A DNA stretch of 62,158 nucleotides, counting the filler, from Chiloscyllium plagiosum (taxonomy: Eukaryota), in NCBI RefSeq assembly GCF_004010195.1. It is 3 parts of one record of this genome, joined end to end, with 100 filler letters (N's around TTAATTAATTAA, not from the genome) between each part and the next. Parts side by side here need not be neighbours in the genome. Positions count along the whole stretch, not along the records: positions 50,138 to 62,158 come from NC_057710.1; 2 more parts are not named here. One strand, 5' to 3'. The number at the start of each line of letters is the position of its first letter. Position 1 is the stretch's first letter. A program made the translations under genes and the position numbers. The notes under the pieces are model-generated. The model was not told where the DNA came from. It searched no databases and saw nothing but the letters and a program-made list of their open reading frames with translations. Below, piece after piece: positions 51,159 through 62,158 of this stretch.

Positions 51159-51352
51159 CGGTAACTTTTTGCCTTTCCCACTTATGACATTGGACAGTTT
51201 TGGTGCTGTGGTTGTTGCCCCTTGCACATTGGTAATAATGTTCTTTGTGATATTGCCCTCTAGTGTTGATCCATAGAATCGGTGAAATCGGACCAACTTC
51301 TGATAGCTTCGAAGCATGCGTTTCCTCACCACAGGATCATTTGTTTTCTCTC
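51159..51352 (-). CDS. DDX60: DDX60-like exon E (194 nt, phase 1 to 0): GEKTNDPVVRKRMLRSYQKLVRFHRFYGSTLEGNITKNIITNVQGATTTAPKLSNVISGKGKKLP
   Basis: Acceptor ctgcacAG, donor CCG|GTAAGT. Resembles recalled DDX60 'DEKSRDPRVLRSVQKYHVFQRFYGNSLETVSSKIIVTQ'. All five exons join into one open frame. Confidence 0.92.
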
Positions 51353-51479
51353 CTGTGCAGACATTAAATTGATAAGAATAAAGCACAAACAGAACATTGT
51401 GTTAACTTGCCGTTCAGTTAGGATTAGTAGTCCAGAAATTACTATCAATGTAACATACTCGACATAATTGGAACATCAC

Positions 51480-51690
51480 GCAAAGTGTGGTGCATTTACA
51501 GAATGAGCTGACAAAAGTAGTGGTGGAGGCTGGTATAATATAATTGCAGCCTTTAAAAGGCATCTGAATGGGTATATGAATAGGAAAGGTTTAAAGGAAT
51601 ATGTGACTACATTAGGTTAGGATATCCAGTCAGCATGGATGAGTTGGACCAAAGGGTCTGTTTCCCTGCTGTAATTCACTATGACTCGAC
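51480..51690 (+). mobile_element. CR1 3' end in a DDX60 intron
   Basis: Similar to 740-960. Confidence 0.8.
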
Positions 51691-51942
51691 AGAGCGTAGA
51701 ACAGTACAGCACCGTAGAAGCCCTTCGGCCTTCTTCATGCCAGCCTTCTATGCAACAATTAAAATAGTTACAGTTGATACCTAATGAAATAAAACCCTAC
51801 ATGTTGCTACAGCAGACAGCCTTAAATCAAATATGGATTTGGCATTTAAAACTGAATACTTATACCTGATCAATATTGCATAGATTTTACAGGATTAAAT
51901 AAACAAGATTACTTGGCACAAATCGGTTATTAACAAACTTAC

Positions 51943-52058
51943 CAAATGTTGACGCTTTGGTCCTTTCATAATCATCACTGAGTGGTTTATCCAAAGACCA
52001 ATCCAAAAGATTATCAAACATTTTGTTTTCAGAAAGTGATGTGACCACAGAACTGTCC
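51943..52058 (-). CDS. DDX60: DDX60-like exon D (116 nt, phase 2 to 1): DSSVVTSLSENKMFDNLLDWSLDKPLSDDYERTKASTF
   Basis: Acceptor tttttttttaatacAG, donor G|GTAAGT. Resembles recalled DDX60 'DDPIVTSLVKQKEFDELVHWHSHKPLSDDYDRSRCQF'; the KPLSDDY motif is shared. Confidence 0.92.
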
Positions 52059-52244
52059 CTGTATTAAAAAAAAAATTCATTACCACACAATGAGACAGTT
52101 TATAGCTTGTGAAATATCACCAGCGGGCAAACATGCAAGCTTTTGGCTTAAGAATTGGCTTCCTATTTCATGCTTTCCCACACTATTTAAATCAGCACTT
52201 TTGCCTCTGCAAAGGAGAACTTAAAATCAGCACAATTCAAATAT

Positions 52245-53400
52245 ACATAGACTCATATATAGCAGGGAAACAGATCCTTCCGTCCAACTCGTCCATGCCA
52301 ACCAGATATCCTAACCTAATCTAGTCCCATTTGCCAGCATTTGGCCCAAAACCCTCTAAATCCTTCCTATTTATACAAGACCCAGATGCCTTTTAAATGT
52401 TGTACTTGTACCAGCCTCCACCACTTCCTCTGGCAGCTCATTCCATATATGCACAACCCTCTGAAAATGTTGCCTGGGGTCCCCTTTATATCTTTCCCCT
52501 CTCACCCTAAACCAATGCCATCTAGTTCTCAACTCCTCCACCCCAGGGAAAAGACTTGTCTATTTACCCTATCCATGCCCCTCATGATTGTACAAACCTC
52601 TAAGGTCACTACCTAGCCTCAGACGCTCCAGGGAAAACAGCCCTAGCCTATTCAACCTCTCCCTATAACTCCAAATTCCAATCATAGCAACATCCTTGTA
52701 AATCTTTTTTGAACTCTTTCAAGTTTCACAACAACCTTTCAATAGGAAGGAGACCAGAATTGCATGCAATATTCCAACAGTGGCCTCACCAACATCCTAT
52801 ACAGCCGCAACATGACCTCCCAATTCCTATTATCAACACTTTGACCAATAAAGGAAAGCATACCAAACGTCTTCTTCACTACCCTATCCACCTGCGACTC
52901 CACTTTCAAGGAACTATGAAGCTGCACTCCAAGGTCTCTTTGCTCAACAACACACCCAAGGCCTTACTATTAAGTGTATAAGTCCTGTTAAGATTTGCTT
53001 TTCCAAAATGCAGCACCTCATTTATCTAAATTAAACTCCACCTGCCATTCCTCAGCCCATTGGCCCATCTGATTAAGATCCCGTTGTAATCTGAGGTAAC
53101 CTTCTGCGCTGTCCACTACACCTCCAATTTTGGTGTCTCTGCAAACTTACTGAATATACCTCATGTTCAAATCCAAATCATTTATATAAATGACGAAAAG
53201 TAGTGGTCCCAGCACCGATCCTTGTGGCATTCCACTGGTCACAGGCCTCCAGTCTGAAAAGCAACCTTCCACCAATACATCTGTCTTCTACCTTGGAGCC
53301 AGTTCTGTATCCCAATAGCTAGTTCTCCCTGCATTCGAGAGATATAACCTTGCTAAACAGTCTACCATGAGGAACCTTGACGAACACTTTACTGAAGGCG
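52245..53400 (-). mobile_element. CR1/HER1 RT-to-3' fragment in a DDX60 intron
   Basis: ORF 52739-52927 (LYRMLVRPLLEYC); [10 protein letters not shown] on the minus strand. Confidence 0.9.
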
Positions 53401-54064
53401 TTCGACCAGGCGTCCAGTCAGAAAATACTAACATGCTCTGTAAAACATATGCAACCCTCAATACATCTACAGCTAAATTATGCTTAGCCAATTCCATCAT
53501 CTGACCCACTGACATCCCTATTACATGCCTTTACACATCTCCCATGCCACTCATCTTAAGTGATTTTATCTTCTACATTATTCCAATTGGAGACCACCAC
53601 TCCTGTGCTCCTGCTCCTCTCCCATATCACCTTTGTGTACACTGTCTCCCTCCCCCTTCTACTCTGCTCCCCAAATCCCCAGAAATGCCCTTACCTTCCA
53701 GCCAAACTAGCAGTTTTTGGTCTTCCCTTACATTCTACTTTTTTTCAAATTTACCAATCACATACATCCACATCACCAGAAACACGTTCTTGGAGCTCTT
53801 TCTCCCCCCCCCCCCACCTCGGGTAATGTTTTTTGTTGTACTCTCATGCTTCACTGCTCTTTTTCACCACAAACAGCCCTTTGTCACTTACTACTGATCC
53901 ACCTCACAAGATCCAGTTCTTTGCACACTCTACATGCTTCCGCAAGCAAAGTCTCCCCCCCCCCCCCACCTCCAAACAAAGCAGTCAGCAGATCAATTTT
54001 AAAAAGGGCAAAAATGCACAAAATTATAAATTTAATTCAAATACTGTACATCTCTATGACTTAC

Positions 54065-54170
54065 TTGCTTAATACAGGCATAACCTTTAAAACATCTCCA
54101 GCATATTCTTCAACCAGGGGAATGTTCACTGGGATGAAACCTACTTCAGGAAGTACCTCCACAGTACATT
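54065..54170 (-). CDS. DDX60: DDX60-like exon C (106 nt, phase 1 to 2): ECTVEVLPEVGFIPVNIPLVEEYAGDVLKVMPVLSK
   Basis: Acceptor ctttgttttaccAG, donor AA|GTAAGT. Resembles recalled DDX60 'LGFIPTSSFVVDKFAGDILKDLPFLK'. Confidence 0.9.
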
Positions 54171-55179
54171 CTGGTAAAACAAAGGCAACACAATAATGAC
54201 ACTACCCAATTGTTAGAACACATTTTAAAACTATTAATTTTTCATGTAGCGAAATATAACATGCAAGCTTCACAAAGCAACATTCGATTTTTTTCTATTA
54301 AGCCCATCACACGTTACCATATCATTTAAATCTATTTATTTCCAGGATAGCTGATACTATTACTCATCTCCTACACATTGTACAAGCCATCTGTGATACT
54401 ACAATTCAGCTCTTTTGATTCCTTCCTTCTAACTTGCCCACCACAAAGCATACTGCACTAGCTCCTGGTCCATTAAAACCTGACATGAGCTCAAAGCTCC
54501 CCCCTCCTCAGCAAGTTCTAAATCACTTCTAAATATTCTGAAACAATAAGGGCATGCAAGAATCTGCAGCCTATTTTCAGAAATATATTTGGTTTTCAAA
54601 TGACACTATGACAGTGCAAGTGGATGCCATGTTGGATAATTAGATGGGGAAGAATTTGTTCGTTTATGAAATGGATCTCCCCAAAACTGGTCAAATGTGT
54701 GTTAACTACAATCTATTGAAAACAATCTGTGATCCTATTGGGGAAAGCGAAACTTTACTGTTGGGGAAATCATGGTAGAGCAGTAATATCACTGGACTAG
54801 TAAACGGAGACCCAGACAAATGGGTTCAAATCCCAACATGAAAAGAGTGGATTTCAAGTTCAAATATATTTTAGAAATCTGGAATTAGAAGCCAGTAAAA
54901 TTGTGACTATGAAAGAGTCATTTAAGTGTATGTGTGAGAAGGAAATCTGCCATCTTTGGCTCTTAACTGCCCCCTGAAATATCTCAGCAAGCTACTCGGA
55001 TCAAGGTTAACTACTGATTGACAAGGAGTTTTCTATGGGTACATAAATCATGAAAGGATTGCACATGGAGTAGGGTTGATTAGGGCTGAGAAAACAGTAT
55101 AAGTTGAAACAAGGGTCATGGATACCTTACATCTGTTTCTACCAAGGAAGCAGATGCCACCAAGGTCATGGTGAAAGAG

Positions 55180-57220
55180 GAGAGTATTCAGTCGCTGAAA
55201 GAGTTCAAGTCTGATAATGTGATATTGGATAAACTGCTCATTCCTAAAGTTGACAAGGCAACAGGATTGGATGAGATGCATCTAAGGATATTGAAGGAAG
55301 CAAGTGAAAACTGCATAAGTACTGACAATGAAATTTCAGTCTTCCTTAGATTCAGGATGCTGCTGGAGGACTGGAGAATTGCAGACATATGTCCTTGTCT
55401 GGATGCAAGGATAAACCCAGCAGTTACAGACAACTCAGTTTAACTTGGTGGTGAGAAAGTGTCTAGAAATAATAATTTAGGACAGAATCAATAGTCCACC
55501 GAGAAACAAAAGGTTAATAAAGAGAAACCAGTATAGATTTCCTGATGGACTATGTCCAACCTGCATGGAGTGCTCCTAAAGAGATAAAGTTGTTGAGAAC
55601 AATGCAATTGTCATAATGTACATGGACTTCCAGAAAGTAATTAGATAGACTGACGCACATCAGCCAAGTTAAATTAAAAGGAATAATAACACTAGTTTAA
55701 AAAAATGTCTGAGTGATAGGAAAAAGTAATGATTAGTGGATATTTTTTCAGCCTGTGTAAGGTTTATGAAGGAGTTCCTCAGCATTTCGTATTGGGACTT
55801 TTATTTTCTAGATCTTGGGGACAATGAACAATCATACATTTTAAAGACAATACAAAACTTGGAAGCATTGTAAACTGTGAGAAAGACAGTGTAGAACTCC
55901 AAATGACATGGGCAAGTGGGTGGAATGAGCATATAGGTGTAGATAAAGTTCAAGAGTAATTTGATACATTTTTGGTAGAAAGAAGGTAGAGACAATTAAA
56001 ATTAAAGGGTACTATTCTAAAGAATGCCCAGGAGTAAAGAGCTGAGTGCGTAAGTCATTAAAGGTGGTAGGACAGTCCAAGAGAGCAATTACATAAACAT
56101 ACAGATTTCATTAACAAGAATATAGAAATGAAGAGCAAAGAATTTGTGCTGAATTTGCATAGTTAGACCTCAAAGTTGCATGTAGTTTGGATTCATTTTC
56201 TCAATTTACAGCCAAACTTCAGGAAGGATGTGAACATTCTAGAAAAATGGCATATGACATTTTCAAGCATCTGGAATAGGTAGGTATGGAGAACCTGTTC
56301 CTACATGCGAAATTTGGAAAGTAGTTTGTACAAGCTAACAGAAACATAGAAGACAGGAGCAAGAGTAAGCCAGTCAATATAATGACGGCTGATCAGAGCT
56401 CAATATCCAAACCCACCCTCCCTAAATGTCTCGTTTCCTTCAGCCGGAAGAGGTCTCTCTACCTTCTTAAAAACAATGTTTTGGCCTCAACCCCACCTTC
56501 TGTGGTAATGAATTCCACAAGCTGAAGACATTCATTTCAATCTCAAAATGTTAACCCCTTATCCATTGCAAACATCCTTCCTGCATCTAACCTGTCTAGT
56601 GCTGTTTGAATTTTAAATGTTTCTATGAGATTTGACCCCCACCCCATTCTTCTAACCTCCAGTGAATCAACCTGGCAAACCCTTCCTATATTCTCTCTAT
56701 AGCACGAGGACCCTTCTTCAGATAAGGAGACCAAAACTGCACTCAATATTCCAGGCATGGCCTCAACAATGCTCAATGTAGTTGCAGCAAGATATCTTTG
56801 TTCGTGTACTTGCATCCCCTCGCTCTAAAGACTGACAAATTATTTACCTTTTTTTAAAGGACTGCTGTACCTGCACACCTAGGTCTTGCTGAAGATTCAT
56901 TCTCTCAATTTACAGCCAAATAATAATCTGCCTTCCTATACTTGCTGCCAAAGTGGATAACCTCATACTTATCTATTTATACTGTAAATGTGATGAGAAA
57001 AAGACTTTTTCATACAGCAAGTAGTTATAGTCTACAAGTTCGAATGCAGATTTGATCAAGGTGCTCAAGAAGATATAAGAAGATTATTTGAACAGAAATA
57101 ATGCGCAGGGTTAGAGGGCAAAGGGAGGTGAATGGCATGGAGCCATAATGGTCATTCACAGTCAGTGCAGGCAAGATAGGCCAAATGGCTGCCTCCTACA
57201 CTAACCATTTTGTGATGCTA
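55180..57220. mobile_element. Old CR1 fragments in both orientations
   Basis: LKEASE...EDWRIAD and YMDFQK on the plus strand; antisense CR1 3' piece at ~56330-56990. Confidence 0.65.
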
Positions 57221-58386
57221 TGTCCAGTCACAACTGAAATAAAGAAGCATGGCAGCCATCTACTCAGAAAAAAACTATTCTGTAAAGCTAATATTTATTT
57301 GTTCATCTGCTAAAATTACGTGGAAAAAGTAGCAAAAACCCCAAGGAAATATACTTGCAGAGAGCAGTCAATTTAAAGAATAAACCGTATTAAGTCTTAT
57401 ACACAAGAGTGCTGAATATAAAATATTTAGTTTGACTAGATAATATTTGAGAATATAGCATTCCGTTCTGTATACTCTTATACAAAGTAGATTAATGGAA
57501 AGGAAACAGCCTAAACTAATGAGAACAATAACAAAATAAACACTGTTAGGCTTGAAAAAAGGCTTGAATTGATTCAGTGCTTCTGTGAAAAGAATAAATT
57601 AATGAGATATAATAAAGTTTTAATTATTAAATTTTTGGGAGTAACTAGCAGAAGATTATTCCCAAAGACAGACAACTAGTCATGAAAGGCCTCTGTTCTG
57701 GTGACAATCCTGTGATAGAAGGAAATACAGGGCAAAACCTTCCTCAACCATCTTCCTGGCCCACTCCGATTAGTACATGAACTGTTTTCCCACAAAGCAG
57801 CTTTCAAAGCAGAGTAAATTATTTATAAAGAAAATTGTTCAAGTGCTTGAAAAGAGTTTTTTTTTTCCAAAAAGTCTCTCTTCATGGATATTCAGTCCCA
57901 CTCTCCAAAAATCAGACCAAACTGGTTTTACTTCTTCACTGAATCTTGTTCACCACCTCTTTAACAGAGCTGTGTGGTTCCAGATCCATCTAACTGCTCC
58001 ACTTCAATTCTTTTGTTTGCACCAATGAATTGGTCATGGCTTTATTCTATTCCAATCTTGACAACTCCTCCGGAACCCCTTCGTGTCTTCAGACTCAAAT
58101 TTTCTGTGTAATTTCATCATTTCCACTTCTCAGTTGTCAGCTGAGACTTCAGATGACTCAGTCCTACATTAGGAGTTCCCTCACTAAATCTTTCCACTTT
58201 CCAGAAACCTCTCTAGAGCCTCTTGAATTTGTTTATTCCCTGATTCAATTCAAACATTATGCAAACAGTAAAGATTCAATATTTGTACACAATGAATCTT
58301 TGATATATTTCCTAGTACGAAGAACCCTTACTTAGATCAAAGCTACCAGAAAATATTACATAACCATCGCGTTAAAACTTAATTAC

Positions 58387-58542
58387 CTTCTTTAATTAAG
58401 CCATCATTCTCTTGCACCAGCAGCTTTGATGCAATTTGCAAAGGAAATGCATTCCCAATGTCACATTCAGAAATTAAGCTGGTCAAACCGTCCCACATTT
58501 GCCTGCACTCTTTTTCAATTACCTCTCCCAGAGAAATGGAAT
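58387..58542 (-). CDS. DDX60: DDX60-like exon B (156 nt, phase 1 to 1): DSISLGEVIEKECRQMWDGLTSLISECDIGNAFPLQIASKLLVQENDGLIKE
   Basis: Acceptor tttttattatacAG, donor G|GTAATT. Resembles recalled DDX60 'LNLGDTIMKDYEYLWNTVSKLVRDFEVGQPFPLR'. Confidence 0.87.
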
Positions 58543-60006
58543 CTGTATAATAAAAACAGATAATGTTCAATATAGTAAACCGCGCTATCTTTGCAGTACA
58601 AAAATACTTGAAGAAAGAAAAGCCCTATTATTGCCAATGTAACTTTGGCTAGGAATACTGTAAAATCAGTGCTATTACATTCAAGTATTTACAGCATAGC
58701 TTTATTCAGGACATTTCCAAATTATGAGTCAGTATTGCATTCATATTGGCATGATTCTTTTTGTTTATTTTTATCCATGGCTAGATCAGCATTGTTAGCG
58801 CCTAGCTGCAGTCGGGAAGAGTCTGGTGATCAGCCTACTTCAAATACCGTTGGAGAGACACCCACCCATAATGCTGTTAGGAAGGAAGTTCCAGAAGACT
58901 GACTCGGAGTGTGAAGGAAAAGTGATAACGTTTCATGTCAAGATGATGTGAAACTTGGAAGGGAAATTGCAGGTGGTGATGCTGCATGGCAGCTGCTGTC
59001 TTTGTCCTTCTAAGTGGTAGAAATCACTGGTGTCAAAGCAGAACTGACAAACTTCTTTACTGAATCTTGTACACCACTGCATTCGTGATGAAAGGAGCAA
59101 ATGTTTAGTATGGTGCCTTGGGAACTAAGCAAGCAGGCTGCTTCATCATGGATGGTATCCAATCTCTAGAATTGGAATGAGCTGCACTAGTCCAAGTAAC
59201 TGGACAGTATAGCATCACACTGCTTGCTTGTGCTCACCAGATGGTGTTCAGACTTAATAGAATCAGAGATGAGTTAATATCTGCAGAATTCCCAAAATCT
59301 TACCTGCTCTTGTAACCACAGTATTTTTTATTGCTGGTCCAATTAAGTTCTGAACAATAGCAAACCCATCCCCAAGGATGTTAGATAGTGATTCATGAAT
59401 GGAAGTTTACTTGCGGGGTTTGGAAATTCCACCCTCAAATAAAAAAAATTCTAATACTTCTAAGCCACTTGGCTAATCAAGTGGATGTCTCTGTTCATAC
59501 AGGATAGAAAATACTGTTGCACTGTCCAATTACCTTTGAGGTTAGTTATGTGCATGTAACTCTCAGAAGGCATACAAGTGGCCTGTGGCAGAATCTGGCT
59601 TGATGAGATTGCCGAGTTTTCTTCACTCCATGTTTTAAAATCTGAAAACGGGTAAAGCTATTTTGCACCACGAGGCACACACTCAACAGTGGAGACATGA
59701 GCATGAGACATATCAACATAAGGACTGCAGAGATATAATGCTCTCAAGGATACAAAGTCGACTTGACTGACTTCAAACAATTGGCAACAACCTTTTCGTT
59801 TTTTGGTCAACTCTACTTGGATAGATGCACAAACAGTAGAGGGGAATGGACAGATAAGTTACAAAAGTAGTTTCTGTATCTGACCTGGAACTAATTTGGG
59901 ACTGCTGCAGCAGTTGTCAATGCTGAAGTTGAAAAAAAAGTTCAAAACTACAAAAAATCAAGCAAACAAAGTAAATGGGTAATTTGTCCTCTTTCAAAAA
60001 CATTAC

Positions 60007-60151
60007 CTGCACGATCTGTCATTGTGCTGCAACCAACTGCCAATCTTGTTAATAGTAGTCTATCACTCAAGTCACATAAATGCATCAGGTCACTTCTCGA
60101 GCTCTTTGTGATATCAAGGTTCTTTAGGACGAAATGCTCATTCATATTAAT
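60007..60151 (-). CDS. DDX60: DDX60-like RNA helicase, internal exon A (145 nt, phase 0 to 1): INMNEHFVLKNLDITKSSRSDLMHLCDLSDRLLLTRLAVGCSTMTDRA
   Basis: Acceptor ttcattcacAG and donor G|GTAATG on the minus strand. The peptide resembles my recollection of human DDX60 'EYFILRNIH...LIHLSDLNDELLLKNIA'. Splices in frame to exon B. Confidence 0.85.
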
Positions 60152-61278
60152 CTGTGAATGAAATTTTGAAAATGTGAAAAAGTGTAATATCCCCATCGTT
60201 CCTAATTTTAAACAAAGCCACCTGTTCGTGGTGTAAATATTTTTCCTAACACTTTGTTAGGAACTAGCACTGACCATTTTAAAGGCTGGTTCTATACATT
60301 CAAAAGGCCAGAGTTATTTTGTGGGGTCCGATGGAGACTGTTAAATTAGGCAGATTTCAGAAGTAACTCGACTGACTCTCCCAAGCGAAGACTAAGACAA
60401 CTTCATTCATTCGTTAGGGTGGATTTAAATTTGGATTCTACTGGTGAAATTTCAGTATCTAACATTCTGACTCTGTTCATACACTTACTGCATCATGTTT
60501 AAGTTAAAACACTTATAAACAGACAGCATGCAAATAACATTTTATAATACTGTTCAGAAATGCAGAGATTCATTCGTATGGGGTATACTTATTTTACCAA
60601 AACAAAATGGACAAAGTATACCCAATTCAGGAGTAAGACTGCCAATATTCAATCAGCACAACATCTTCCAAAACGTATCTGAGTAACTGGTCAAAGGCCT
60701 GTTGAAGGATCCGGTTTCAAAATAAAAGCTGGTCGCAAAATAGATTTGGAAATTCTCATTTTGTTGGTGGAGTCAACCACAAGACTTGCCACACAGCTCA
60801 GTTTGTTGATATATCTTTAATCATGAAATGCGGATGTTACTAGCTCAGCTCTAACTACCGGCAAGGTGGTGGTGAGCTGCCCTCCTGAAGTACATTAACG
60901 CATAGGGGTACACGAATCAGATAGCAATGGTGTTCCAGGGTTTTGACCTAGCGACAACAAAGTGATATAATTCCAAGTCAGGATGATATGTAGTTTGGAT
61001 AACTAGAGGTTGAGTCCATTTGCAAGTCTTGTTCTTCTCGGTAGTAGAGGTCATGGGCTTGGAAGGGGACGCTGAAGGAGCCCATGTCAGTTGCTGCAGT
61101 ACATCTTGTAGATGGTACACAACGCTCCTGGTACTGGGCATCAGTGGTGAAGTGTTGAGGAAAATAGAATGTATCTGCAAATATAATTCTATAAATACAA
61201 ATTCACCCCATAAACGCATGAATGTGTACACGTGCAAGAGAGAGACAGAACGAGTGTATGCGCACGTGTGTACATGCC

Positions 61279-62158
61279 GGAGAGCGAGCGCGCGCGAAGG
61301 AGAGCGAGCGCGCGCGAAGGAGAGCGAGCGCGCGCGAAGGAGAGCGAGCGAGCGCGAAGGAGAGCGAGCGAGAGCGAATGAGAGCGAGCGAGAGAGAATG
61401 AGAGCGAGCGAATGAGCGAGCGAGCGAGAGAATGAGAGCGAGCGAGCGAGAGAGAGAATGAGAGCGAGCGAGCGAGAGAGAGAATGAGAGCGAGCGAGCG
61501 AGCGAATGAGAGCGAGCGAGCGAGAGAATGAGAGCGAGCGAGCGAGAGAATGAGAGCGAGCGAGCGAGAGAATGAGAGCGAGCGAGCGAGAGAATGAGAG
61601 CGAGCGAGCGAGAGAATGAGAGCGAGCGAGCGAGAGAATGAGAGCGAGCGAGCGAGAGAATGAGAGCGAGCGAGCGAGAGAATGAGAGCGAGCGAGCGAG
61701 AGAATGAGAGCGAGCGAGCGAGAGAATGAGAGCGAGCGAGCGAGAGAATGAGAGCGAGCGAGCGAGAGAATGAGAGCGAGCGAGCGAGAGAATGAGAGCG
61801 AGCGAGCGAGAGAATGAGAGCGAGCGAGCGAGAGAATGAGAGCGAGCGAGCGAGAGAATGAGAGCGAGCGAGCGAGAGAATGAGAGCGAGCGAGCGAGAG
61901 AATGAGAGCGAGCGAGCGAGAGAATGAGAGCGAGCGAGCGAGAGAATGAGAGCGAGCGAGCGAGAGAATGAGAGCGAGCGAGCGAGAGAATGAGAGCGAG
62001 CGAGCGAGAGAATGAGAGCGAGCGAGCGAGAGAATGAGAGCGAGCGAGCGAGAGAATGAGAGCGAGCGAGCGAGAGAATGAGAGCGAGCGAGCGAGAGAA
62101 TGAGAGCGAGCGAGCGAGAGAATGAGAGCGAGCGAGCGAGAGAATGAGAGCGAGCGAG
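61279..62158. repeat. Purine-rich minisatellite with 22-bp unit GAGAGCGAGCGAGCGAGAGAAT, preceded by a 20-bp variant (AGAGCGAGCGCGCGCGAAGG)x3
   Basis: Seen directly; runs to the window end. Confidence 0.97.

Noticed and set aside
57777..58335. ORFs between DDX60 exons B and C
   Set aside because: The minus strand has many stops, and exons B and C already join in frame with the expected homology.
60581..60623. 10-bp inverted repeat gggtatactt/aagtataccc
   Set aside because: Short and isolated; compatible with chance in 62 kb.
61279..62158. Regular array as CRISPR-like
   Set aside because: No unique spacers; eukaryotic minisatellite.

Overview
Repeat-dense vertebrate genomic DNA, most likely a shark or ray (inferred from abundant HE1-type V-SINEs and HER1/CR1 LINEs), with four assembly gaps. 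The only host gene I can support is a minus-strand DDX60-like RNA helicase: five phase-compatible exons at 60151-51159 encode part of the N-terminal, pre-helicase region. I found no helicase-core exons in the ~51 kb downstream. The rest is mostly transposon debris: CR1, L2 and L1 LINE fragments, HE1, LF-SINE and MetaSINE-like SINEs, a Tigger-like MITE, a ~390-bp tandem duplication and a terminal 22-bp minisatellite. The most interesting signal is a set of Penelope-like element (PLE) relics. At least four sequence families each carry a minimal type-I hammerhead ribozyme with covarying helices. Several occur as ~200-bp non-coding palindromic insertions flanked by 13-15-bp target-site duplications. 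Family names and the DDX60 call come from recalled motifs, not database searches, and TE boundaries are approximate.
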